Below are positions 24,305 to 34,464 of a stretch of DNA of 52,785 bases, one piece after another (position 1 is the first letter of the stretch; each line of letters opens with the position of its first letter). Source of the stretch: Craspedostauros australis (taxonomy: Eukaryota); contig JALAGF010006405.1 in the NCBI GenBank assembly GCA_030167865.1, positions 1-52,785 of the forward strand, read 5' to 3'. The notes beneath the pieces are model-generated. The model worked only from the letters and a program-made list of their open reading frames with translations. It had not been told where the DNA came from and did not search any database. Position numbers and translations under genes: made by a program.

Positions 24305-25355
24305 TTATGCCACCCGCTTCCATTCCTCCGAAAGATCGTCGCTGTCGCTGTCACCACTGTGAACATCATCGTCACGCAGTCCCGCGACAATGTCATCTCC
24401 CAAATCCGGCACGTCTCCGAATCTCGTATCGTATTTATCGGCGCAGTCATTGAGCTGCGGTTGGCATGACGTAGATGCCCATGTCTGGCATTGTGCAATT
24501 GGCGGAGAGTAGAGATGCAGCGTCACGGCTGGTATCGTGCATGATGGATTGCCGACGCTATGATATCCCATGGAATCGGTGATGTGCGCCAGCTGGCCTT
24601 CACCGAATGTCAGATCTGCGATGCGTTCCAAGACTTGTTCGTGGTCGTCTTCACTTTGATTGGAAGTGCCGACTTGCTGCAGATCGTCATACATCACATG
24701 CTGCTGCTGCTGCTGCTGCTGATACCGATGATGATAGTGGTGATGCTGCGGTTGATGATGAAGCGGATCGGATGCGTTCATCACTGTTGATGACGCTGAA
24801 GTGGAGTGCCCCTGAACTTGCTGATATCTCTGTTCACGGATGGTGCCTTGCATGACCTGCATCTGACACGCATCGCATTGGTGATCGTGGATGGGCGAGT
24901 GTTGGTCTGGATTCCAGCACAGCAGCATCAACGTGAACGTCTTGTTGTCCGTGGCCACCAGGTTGCGCGTGTAGGCCTTGTCGGGATTCCAATGCTCGTA
25001 TCGGTGCCATTCCTCCTTGGTAAGATCAAGTTGGCTGCGCGATGCGATGCATTATTTTTGCGTTGCGTTGTGGTACGATACGTTGCATGGCAGGAGCAAG
25101 AATATGCAGCGTGGAAACATGGGACGATGGCGTCAGTGATAGAGTCAGTGTGAGAATCTTGACTGTGCGAGTTGGGAGACAGCGACAGCGACAGTGATGG
25201 ATGTAATGCAATGATGCAATGTTGACTTACTGAAAGAGTTTGGTGACAGGATCGTTCCAGGCACCTGGAGCAATGCGAAAGTTCTTGCGCATCCGGATAG
25301 CAGTCGGGAGCATGGACGACATCTGCGACAGTTTGGTGATGGGTGACCGCAACAT
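24305..25355 (-). CDS. CDO1: Cysteine dioxygenase type I (cupin), 2 exons
   Basis: Exon 1 is 25355-25231, the intron is 25230-25035 (GTAAGT...GCAG, phase 2, in frame), and exon 2 is 25034-24305. The motifs YTRNLV, LLCW, SPIHDH..DAC, GYHSVGN and TLHLYSPP supply the Arg, the 3-His triad and the Cys/Tyr cross-link residues of CDO. Confidence 0.92.
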
Positions 25356-27774
25356 GGCTGCGATGGTCGACGTGCGTGTGTGTATTGTTCGTTGGTTGGT
25401 GATTCAGAAGATGGAGCTGTGGGTGCTGTTTCTGCAGGCGTCGCCGTGTATTCGACAGTGACAGTGATGGTGATGTCGATCCTGATGTCGCGGGTAAGAG
25501 CCTGTTGCGATTTATGACGCTGGGGATGTTTCTTGATCAGCGGTTGCCCTTGATCTCACAGTCACTTTTGCGTGCGGCTTGAAGGATGCTATCACTTGTG
25601 TGTGCAACCAGCGCCTTGGTGCTTTGATGCCAGTTGACGCTTTCCATGCTTCGGCGCAGGATGATGGTGGAAAACTGATTGATTTCACGAATCCAGATCA
25701 TGCGACGAGAACCTTCCTGTTGTCGTTGTCAGTGGCGGTGATGGCCGCGAATCGTTGCCGAACAACCAGTGTGATGTTCAGGACCTCACCCTTCGCTTGT
25801 TGATGCGGTTCGGGTTCTTCAGAAAAATCGACTTCGACTTTGACACAACATCGCTCCAGTTTGTTCGCTCTTCTGCGCGATGGCGCACTTCATTCCGACC
25901 TCTCCATTCTCCTCCAAAGCGTTTCGCAACGCCTCGTCGAATGAATCCGTGTGGCGATGTTCTCGCTCATCATCTCCTCTATCGCGCCATCACTAACTTC
26001 CAATGAACACGTCTCCACCACTGCAGCACCATCAAGTCGTCCGTATCGCGGATGTCACCCTCGCTGCCATTGTGGTCCTCGCTCCTGTCCGCGGCCTGCT
26101 TCCAGCATTGCGCTTCGACACGCAATTGGCACGTCTCCCATCTTCTTTCCGTGTTTCGGACCAGCGCCTCTGTTGTGGCTGCGGACATGCATCACAACGA
26201 CATCAAGAGAGTTGATGCCTTCTGCGGTTCTTGTTGTTCCTTCCTCCAAAAAGTGATGGAATTCAAGTGTTCCTTCTTTGCCGCGAATACCAACTTTTGA
26301 TTGGATGAAACCGATGTCGTCATTCTCCACAAGAACTTCAACTTGACGAACGCAACAGCACGACTTGACTGACAGGACCGAATGGTTTGTCCTTGGTTGA
26401 CTCATGCGACCGAGCGTCCGTGTTCGAAAATATAGAACGACTTTGGTCTTATATGGGGTTTAAGGCTAATAATATATTATAAAATATAAACGATATTGTA
26501 GTCACCAACATCAAGTGTTAATTGGTGTGAGCGATGTCATGAGCGTCTACACGCATGTCGTGCGTGTGACAAAGAAGTTCTCAAAGTGGTTGTTTCGTAT
26601 CATTTGCTTCTTCGCAGTTCCAAACACGCTGTCTTGGTTGTGTGCGACTATTGGAGCTGTACGTCTGCGCTCACAGTGCGTGCTAACATGTACGTGTAGC
26701 TCGCAGCGAAGCGCAGCACGTTGTGAGAAAACGAAGTGCAACACCGCCAACAGCGTGTCACAAAGCCGCTCCTCACGCCAGCAGCAGCAATATGAGCAAA
26801 AAGCCCTTTTTGATACTTCCGACTTGTGACCGTTCATTTCAGTACTTCGCTGTCCAGTCCGTCCCTGCGCGCGAAAGGCTGTTGGTTGTTCGAGTGGAAC
26901 AACTTTAACGGCGGTGTGGCACGGCGAAGAAGCACGGAAGTGGAACAGGAGCGACAGAAACGGACTGACCGAGGCAAGATTCACAAGCGTTTTCTGCCTT
27001 TGCACCCGCAACAAGCGTTCAGACCAATAAATACCACTCGCTTGCGAAAGGTCATCCGTGGAACAAAGCGTTGGGCGAGCGCCTGTCGTCATCGCGATTC
27101 CTCACGAAAATGAAACCAAGTGCCACCATCACTGGCAACGCTGTTCTTGGATGGATGGAGCTCCTCCGCCGCAGTTGGTGGGGATGCGTGTCCAAAGCCT
27201 CGGGGTGCAGACTCCGAGATGGTCCAAGGAGAGGAGGAAGCGAGAACCAGACAAATCTAAATCATCCGCCAGCATCGAAACCAGAGAGGAACATGCGAGG
27301 CGATGCGTTTATTTTCTTCCGGCAAGCATCGCTGTTGGCTCCCTTCCCACGTTGCCACCATCATGGCGACTCCATTGGCTCTCTCCCTCTCTCCCTCTGC
27401 CTGTCTCTGTCTTGCGGTATCGGGATGAAATGGAATGATTGTGTGTCGCGACGCTTGGCCTCTCTCATGCCCTGCTCAATGGATGATGCATGTGTTACTA
27501 CTCGTACTACGAGCACATCTTTCTTCCTCTATCATATGATCAGGCTGGTGCATGGATACAATCATCACATCGGTGGAGACTGACAGCATCCTATCATAAA
27601 CTCATTGAATGCGTCCATCCGTACCACGCAGCCACCGTTCACCGTTCCTCGCCATCGATCACCCCTTGTGTCATCCATCTAACACGGCCCTTGGTTGAAC
27701 TGTAGAAGCATCTGCAGGTCCCATACGATCTGTCAAAGTACCATACCATACATTCTGCAACACCAGCCACAACC

Positions 27775-30507
27775 ATGGCAAGCAGCGGCCTCGATTCTTC
27801 GACCTCGTCAGGGTCATCATCAAGGTCATCATCACGATCATCATCTTCGGCTTCAGGTTCGTCGTCGTCCTTGATGCATCGATCAAAGGGCACCAAGCAT
27901 CGCATCAGCGATCGCTCACGCCGCAAGTCCAAGGCCAAGCGTCAGCCGGATCAACGCCGTCGCAAGAGCAGCATCGCGTTGAGGATGCTCGTGATCGCCG
28001 GCTTCGTTCAGATGATCGTCACCATCGTGATCGTCGTCAAGATGGATACTCGTAGTCCAATGCCACAGCAACGAGACGTCCTCCAAGTCGCAACGTCGCA
28101 TCGTCATCTGCGTGCGCTCAACAACGACGATGTTCACTGGCGGGACTCTCCGGATAAGCCTGAGGTTGCCATTCAAGATGGAAGCAGCAGCCACCATGAA
28201 GCTGATGCCCCACCCAGCTCAGGACTGCCACTGCATCAACAGCAGCAACAGCTTGAGCCTAACCACACCCCGCAGATCGTGAAACTGCATGCCAACGCCC
28301 TAGGTGATGCTTTTGCTGCCTCTGCCTCTTACCTGCCCAAGGAATCATCCAGCCATCAGAGATTCGATCATTGGAAACCGACCGAATGCCCTAGCACCGC
28401 ATCAACATCAACATTGGCATCAACATCTCCGCAAACGCCTTCAGGACAGCACCGCCTCGCCATCATCATCCCGTTCCGGGAATCCCAAAACGATCTGCGC
28501 AGCCAAGGCAGAGGACGAGATGAAAACCTCCAGGAATGGTTGCTCCAGATGAGGCGGATCCTGCCACAGTCCGTGCTGGACAACTCGCACGTCTTTGTTG
28601 TGGAGCAGACTCAGGAGGACATCTTCAACAGGGGCATGCTCCTCAACGCAGGCTTCGACTTCGTCTTTGAGCGAGAATTCGCATGTCGCTTTGATTACCT
28701 CGTCATCCAAGACGTCGATCAGCTGCCGAACGAGCAAACGGCCAGCTTCATCTACGACTTCCGTCCCATCCCTACCAGACTCATCTCCGAAGCCCGCCGC
28801 AAGGACACTCCCACGTCCGACGGTGTGCGCCATCTGCTGAATCCCTTCGACACGAGCGGCGCCTTCATGATGACACCGGCGCACTTCCGCGGAGTCAACG
28901 GCTACTCCAACATGCTGCCGGGTTGGGGCGTCAGCAACGTCAACATGTACTACCGCATCCGCAAGACCTACTCCGATCCCGCTGTCATCAAGAATGCGCA
29001 CTTCACGGAGCTCTTTCACCCCCGCGTGCATGGCCTCGATGTGGGTCGTCTCTTTCAGCAGAAGCAGCGTCTGGCCGCCAACGAGTTCGCGACGGGACTG
29101 TCCACCCTCGACTACGAGCTGCATCAAGTCAAGCACCATCAGGTGGATGGATGGGATATGACGCGCCTGTTGGTGCGGACGCAGTCGCCGGCGGAGCAGC
29201 ATCTTCCGGCGCCGCAAAGGGTCATCGCTCCGCAAGCGACAGAAGCAGAAACATCGCATGGTGCCAAGACCGCGCCGATCCACAGGGACCGCTCCTGCCA
29301 GCTGCTGTTTGGGAAGGCAGCGGTTCGGCCTAGCCGAGACAACCAGTGCATTCAGCACTCGCTGTTGAAATGGCGCGCATGCCGGCTTGAGGATCTCACC
29401 ATCCATCCGGATATGATCGATGGGCCTGTTGGCGGTGAAGACATTGAGAGCGCCGTTCTGGCGGAGCAACAGCATGCATTGGCAAGATCCGCGCCGCTGG
29501 CATCTGCGGATCTCGAGTATCGTCCCGGTTCGGTGTCCGTGCCGCAGGCCGTCCCGGCCGCCACGCAGAGGGACCACTCCTTCCAAGGACCGTCGAGGGC
29601 CTTCATGGACAGCATTCAAGTACGGGAGGATCCAGCGAACGGCATATCTTCCGCCGCTGCTCCATCATCATCTTCGGTGGAGCCGTTCCATCCAGACGAA
29701 GTCGTCCATCTGCTGGTCGATCGTGGCGACTACGCCAATCCATGCATGTCCATCAGCAAGATGTACAACGCCTTCGTCGCCATTGAGAAGTTCGGTATCG
29801 AGAGACACCGCATCGTCTTCCTCGATGGACATGCCAAGTCCGGCCTCGATGAGCTCTGGCAGACCTCCTTCGGCGACGTCGTGTACATCAAGCAGCTGGC
29901 CGCTCAGGACGGCAACGACAACGGAAGCGTGCACATCCCACGCGCCGTCATGGTCAGCACGGTGTCGACCATCGGGGACGAAGGGATGCGCAACTACGAG
30001 TGGGGATCTGCCTGTCAGCAGGATTCGACCTTGCATCGATTCCGCGATTTCATCCTGCGGAAGTTCGGCATCGCACGATCCGCCACCGACCAAAAGCGCG
30101 TCACGATGCTGGTGCGACGTGATTACATCGCCCATCCCACCAGCGACGGCATCACGGATCGCAAGCTGGCCAACGAGGCGGAGGACGCGGAGTACATCCA
30201 GGACCTCTACCCCCACCACACCGTCAACGTCGTCGCCTTCGAGGACATGCCGATCCACGAGCAGATCCGCATCATGTCCCAGACCGACGTCCTCGTGGCG
30301 ATCCATGGCGCCGGAAACATCCTCTCCATGTTCCTTCCGGACCACGCCGCATTCACCGAGTACTTCCCGCCGACGTTCTACAATCGCAAGCGTTTCCAAT
30401 TTATCAGCGAATCGTTGGGCATCCACTACACCGCATCCAAGGCAACCCTCGTGTCGCACGATGCGCAGACGCGAAAGATGACGGTCCAAATTAGACCAAG
30501 GTACTAA
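27775..30507 (+). CDS. Type II membrane bifunctional glycosyltransferase-like protein: GT7 (beta-1,4-GalT-like) + GT61 (EOGT/POMGNT2-like)
   Basis: A TM anchor follows the basic N-terminus. GT7 motifs are RLAIIIPFR, FVVEQ, FNRGMLLNAGF, QDVD and FRGVNGYSN..GWG. GT61 motifs are DYAN...YNAF, FLDGH, FRDFIL, RRDY and FEDMPIHEQIRIMSQTDVLVAIHGAG. Confidence 0.88.
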   Translation: MASSGLDSSTSSGSSSRSSSRSSSSASGSSSSLMHRSKGTKHRISDRSRRKSKAKRQPDQRRRKSSIALRMLVIAGFVQMIVTIVIVVKMDTRSPMPQQRDVLQVATSHRHLRALNNDDVHWRDSPDKPEVAIQDGSSSHHEADAPPSSGLPLHQQQQQLEPNHTPQIVKLHANALGDAFAASASYLPKESSSHQRFDHWKPTECPSTASTSTLASTSPQTPSGQHRLAIIIPFRESQNDLRSQGRGRDENLQEWLLQMRRILPQSVLDNSHVFVVEQTQEDIFNRGMLLNAGFDFVFEREFACRFDYLVIQDVDQLPNEQTASFIYDFRPIPTRLISEARRKDTPTSDGVRHLLNPFDTSGAFMMTPAHFRGVNGYSNMLPGWGVSNVNMYYRIRKTYSDPAVIKNAHFTELFHPRVHGLDVGRLFQQKQRLAANEFATGLSTLDYELHQVKHHQVDGWDMTRLLVRTQSPAEQHLPAPQRVIAPQATEAETSHGAKTAPIHRDRSCQLLFGKAAVRPSRDNQCIQHSLLKWRACRLEDLTIHPDMIDGPVGGEDIESAVLAEQQHALARSAPLASADLEYRPGSVSVPQAVPAATQRDHSFQGPSRAFMDSIQVREDPANGISSAAAPSSSSVEPFHPDEVVHLLVDRGDYANPCMSISKMYNAFVAIEKFGIERHRIVFLDGHAKSGLDELWQTSFGDVVYIKQLAAQDGNDNGSVHIPRAVMVSTVSTIGDEGMRNYEWGSACQQDSTLHRFRDFILRKFGIARSATDQKRVTMLVRRDYIAHPTSDGITDRKLANEAEDAEYIQDLYPHHTVNVVAFEDMPIHEQIRIMSQTDVLVAIHGAGNILSMFLPDHAAFTEYFPPTFYNRKRFQFISESLGIHYTASKATLVSHDAQTRKMTVQIRPRY

Positions 30508-31323
30508 GCATTCCATGCTCTGCAAAGTGATGCAATCAATCCCATCGTTACATTGGGGCAGCAGCGTTGGAGGCAACAACAGGAACAACTGAAGGGAGCG
30601 AGGCTGCTGCGAAACGGAAGTTGAACAGGGACGGATGACCCTACATCCGCCCTTCCTCATCTTTCCGAGTTACGGTGATCGCTCTTCTTCAAACAGCTAC
30701 TGATCAACGGCCACACCTTTACAAATGCTAGAGAGCGCTACAGGAAAGTACCTTGTCCTCTAGAGTATCATACATAGTACCATACATAGCACCATACGAA
30801 ACTAGACGCAAACACTTCTATAGACTCTTTGCAAAGATAGACTCAACCAAATGAACATGATGCATCCGCCATAGCTGGGACTGATGATCTTCTGATCGTG
30901 CCTGCATCATAGTGCTGTGCTACACGACTATTATATTTACAAGTATACGTGTGAGCAAGTGAGCCCACTCTGCTGCGCTCTGTTCGATGTACCATACTCT
31001 ACTTTTCATCCATGTCCTCGTCCTCATGCAAGCGCGATTGCTTGGAGGAGTGATTCTTCCCTTTGCTGGCCTCAATGGATCGACGTGGGATGAAATAGTA
31101 CATTCAGTATCACGCTCGCTCTCTTTGCTCCATCGATTTGTTAATCTGGAACACCCCCATCGCTGCCACCAGCAGCAATTAAGACACCTATCGTCCCAAG
31201 ACATGTCCATCCCCAGTGCATCGCATTGCATTGCATCGCATTGCAGATTGAGTACTGTGGGAACAATCACACCCGTAAATCCACGATCTCGATGACGCCA
31301 CCATCCATGCACCGCCACAATCG

Positions 31324-33621
31324 TTATCCTTGAATCAACGTGGCCACGGCATGCTGAATACCATCATGCTGCATGTCGGACATCCCGTTGGCAGAGATCT
31401 GCGGCAAAGCGATGACCTTGGCCAGCGGGACTTCCGACAGATAGTTCGAATTCGTCGTCGACATGCTGTTGCAACTCGCCGCGCTGCTCAAGCTGCTGGA
31501 ACTCGGTCGGCGCTTGTGATGCAATCGTCGCCGCCGCTTGGCACGTCGCGCATCGTCGGTCTTGCATTTGCGCTTCCACGGATGCAGACGGATGATGCGG
31601 GGACTCAAGACTTCGGGCGGCGATCCTTCGTACTTGATGCATTCGAACGCGTGCGTTTGGTCGTGATGCGTGCTGTGGTAGCAGGTCTCGCACTGATCGA
31701 ATCCGCGGCACACGCGACATGAGTACCGCGGTCCTATAATCTCCTGCTGGAAGCAGGTATCGCATCGCACGCCCGAGTGGATGGCGCGGCAGTGCGTCGG
31801 GATGAGACCTTGCGGCGTCGCATTCGTTGCAGCATCGTTGGTGGTCGTCGTCGATGCTGCTGCCCCAAAGGCGATTCCGCCCACGACATTAGCGATCTGC
31901 GATTGCAGCAACGCATTCTGCAGAAGCTGCTGGTGCAGCACAAGTTCGGTGGTGGAATTGAGCGACGCGAGGCCATGCCGTGGCGGTGCGATCGATCCCA
32001 CTCCGAGAGGGAGCTGCAACTGCAACTGAAGCTGCAGCAACGAGAGCGGAGACAGCGCATTCGTGGCCTCCGCGATGCTCGTCGAGATTGCATCCGTCTG
32101 GCTGGATTGCGCGACAGGTCGTGGGAGGACATTGTCATTGCTGCCACTGTTGGCATTGCCGGTGGTGGTAATGGCCTCGATGGTCGATGGTTCTGCTTGA
32201 GCCCCCATCCCGGCTTCGAAAGCGATTGTGCCGATCGTGGAAGCATCATCACTGTTCGCCTCATACACAGAATTTGCCTCGCCTTGCCCATGACTGTTGC
32301 TGCCATTGTCCGGATGAATGATGGGGCGGTCACGATCGTTTGCGGCCTGATGCGCTTCGCCCGCACTTGGATGGTGCGAAGAATGTCGCCCATCCCCAAC
32401 TTCATCCTCAGAGTTCCCATCCACAGCTGACAGCGAAGGAGGATGCTGGGGATGAGATTCAGGTCCTTGATGATGTCGTTGACGATGTCGTTGATGATGT
32501 CGTTGACGTTGATCTTGATGTTCTCGACACGATGACGTTGCTGTTGGAGTTCTCAGTTGGCGTTGCGTTCGGGTTCGGTTTTCGGTCTCCACAATTTCGC
32601 ATGACATTGCGGTGTGGTCGTCTATTACCGGAGTTGCTGGAGTCGTCGAAGTGGATGTTGCATAGTCTCCTTCACCATCGTTGCAGCTGGTGCTGCTATC
32701 ATCATCATCGCAGTCGTCGTCGCTGCTGTCCTGCTGCATGGCGTTGGAATGGCTTATACGCCCTCGCGCGTTGTTCGACGATGTCAACAGGTGTGATGGC
32801 AGTGATGATGATGAGGATGGAGTGGTAGCGGCAATACCGATTCCGCTGTCCGCGTTGCGGATGATGCCTGATCTCGAGCGTTCCTCATCAAATGCCTCCA
32901 TCTCTCCGTTCATACTCGCGAGTATGCTGCCTTGGTCATCATCGTCGTCCCTTTCATCTAATGCTACATTGTCCCCTTCATCAACTCCGCCATCGCCGCC
33001 AATGGTGGACGCATCCATGACGGCGCCGACCGCTTCGGACGACAGGATACTGCGATCGTCCACTTCCGGATAAATGCGCACGGCGTACGTCTCGACCAAC
33101 AGCTCCCCATGCATGTACCGCAGAAAGGGATTGAGGTAATACTCCTGAATCCACCGCGTTGTGCACAGCATGACCTTGACGAGATCGTAGCGATGGCCGG
33201 CCTGCGGAGCCGTGTAAGGAAAGATGTTGAAGTATCCCGCGGCCGTGGCGAATTCGTAAAAGGTATTGAGCGTGCCCTGCGGCAGCAGGAGATGCTGGTC
33301 GTCGAGGATGATGACGCGGTTCAGCAGCGTGACGAGGGGGAAGTCCTGGAAGGCGATCTTGATGATGAGCTGCTGCTGTTCGACCGGGAGGCGGTGGGCT
33401 CGTTGGTAGTCGATGAGGGGAGATGAGGCGGCTGTGGCGGTGGGTTGGACTGCGGGTAGAAAGTGCAGCATGCCGCAGCCCATCGTGCAGCACTTGAGGT
33501 AGTAGGAGAGACGGCAGATGTCCAGGTTGGGCACCTGCGTTTCGGAGCCGTACGCAAACACGGAGCTCAGCACGGGTGGCTCCTCGATGCGGATGGGCGT
33601 CGGTACCGCCGTTGCCGCCAT
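31324..33621 (-). CDS. ZZ-type zinc-finger protein (765 aa) with an unassigned globular N-terminal domain
   Basis: HSGVRCDTCFQQEIIGPRYSCRVCRGFDQCETCY....HDQTHAF is a ZZ finger. There is a long disordered linker and a basic NLS-like RRAKRRRR. Confidence 0.9.
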   Translation of the reverse strand: MAATAVPTPIRIEEPPVLSSVFAYGSETQVPNLDICRLSYYLKCCTMGCGMLHFLPAVQPTATAASSPLIDYQRAHRLPVEQQQLIIKIAFQDFPLVTLLNRVIILDDQHLLLPQGTLNTFYEFATAAGYFNIFPYTAPQAGHRYDLVKVMLCTTRWIQEYYLNPFLRYMHGELLVETYAVRIYPEVDDRSILSSEAVGAVMDASTIGGDGGVDEGDNVALDERDDDDDQGSILASMNGEMEAFDEERSRSGIIRNADSGIGIAATTPSSSSSLPSHLLTSSNNARGRISHSNAMQQDSSDDDCDDDDSSTSCNDGEGDYATSTSTTPATPVIDDHTAMSCEIVETENRTRTQRQLRTPTATSSCREHQDQRQRHHQRHRQRHHQGPESHPQHPPSLSAVDGNSEDEVGDGRHSSHHPSAGEAHQAANDRDRPIIHPDNGSNSHGQGEANSVYEANSDDASTIGTIAFEAGMGAQAEPSTIEAITTTGNANSGSNDNVLPRPVAQSSQTDAISTSIAEATNALSPLSLLQLQLQLQLPLGVGSIAPPRHGLASLNSTTELVLHQQLLQNALLQSQIANVVGGIAFGAAASTTTTNDAATNATPQGLIPTHCRAIHSGVRCDTCFQQEIIGPRYSCRVCRGFDQCETCYHSTHHDQTHAFECIKYEGSPPEVLSPRIIRLHPWKRKCKTDDARRAKRRRRLHHKRRPSSSSLSSAASCNSMSTTNSNYLSEVPLAKVIALPQISANGMSDMQHDGIQHAVATLIQG

Positions 33622-33692
33622 GGTTCTTCTTTGTTCTGTGTGATGCTGTGTCTGTTGTTGATATGTTCTGCTCAGCTCTGCTTCGATGGCCT

Positions 33693-34026
33693 GGGTTGCG
33701 GGTTGCGGGTTGCGGGTTGTGGGTATGCTTGATGAGAAAGAGGATCTGTCGTGTGCGGAGGACTTGTACTCGTCTGGTAGGTATGGTAGGAATGGTAGGT
33801 ATGGTCGATATGGTAGGTATGGTCGATATGATCGATATGTTGGGTATGGTCCTTATGGTACGGTAGTGCCCCGTTCTGCCTCAACTGGTGTGGTGTTGCC
33901 TTGTCTTTGCGTTGATGTGTTCCGTTGCGGTTCCTTCCCCGCAACGATGAGTGTCGAGTGTCTGGATGTTGTGTTGTGTTGTGTTGTGTTGTGTTGTGTT
34001 GTGTTGTGTTGTGTTGTGTTGTGTTG
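33693..34026. repeat. Microsatellite cluster upstream of the ZZ gene: (GGGTTGC)n, 9-bp GGTAGGTAT/GGTCGATAT units, (GTTGT)n
   Basis: Directly visible at ~33693-33722, ~33776-33860 and 33968-34026. Confidence 0.9.
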
Positions 34027-34391
34027 AGTTGTGTGCTTGCGACTGTTGTGCTTCTTTGATGACACAGAATGGATGTGGTGAGCAGTGCAGATTATACTCG
34101 CACGACTACGAGTACTCGTGAAAGTGTGTGAGGCCTTGCGCTCCTTCACGAAAATGAAGGCCCGGTAGCAGCGTTGACAACAGAGCGATCAAGCGCGAAC
34201 CGCAACCTTCCGTGTCGCCTGCTTCTGTTGCCTGCTGATTGATGTCTTTGCGAATGTTGGAGGCTTCGCGGGTGTGCGATACTGTCTGGCGCAATTGCTA
34301 CTCCGCACGAATAGAACTTTGACTACTCTATGATCGATTCGGAATACCAATCGCGTACAGTACCAACAAGGGGTATGGCACTCGAGTTGAG

Positions 34392-34464
34392 ATGTGATGA
34401 CTTGTGATGACTTGTGAAGTATTGTGAAGTATTGTGAAGTGTTGTGAAGTGTTGTGAAGTGTTG
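34392..34464. repeat. 10-bp minisatellite (TTGTGAAGTR / TTGTGATGAC)
   Basis: About 7 tandem units are visible. Confidence 0.85.

Noticed and set aside
25270..25355. Mitochondrial presequence on CDO
   Set aside because: The segment is basic and Ser-rich, but it also occupies the position of the normal first CDO helix; this cannot be decided by eye.
28441..30660. Long antisense and alternate-frame ORFs over the GT gene (similar ones overlie DUF6824, the methyltransferase and the ZZ gene)
   Set aside because: These are shadows of GC3-rich codon usage, with no protein-like motifs.
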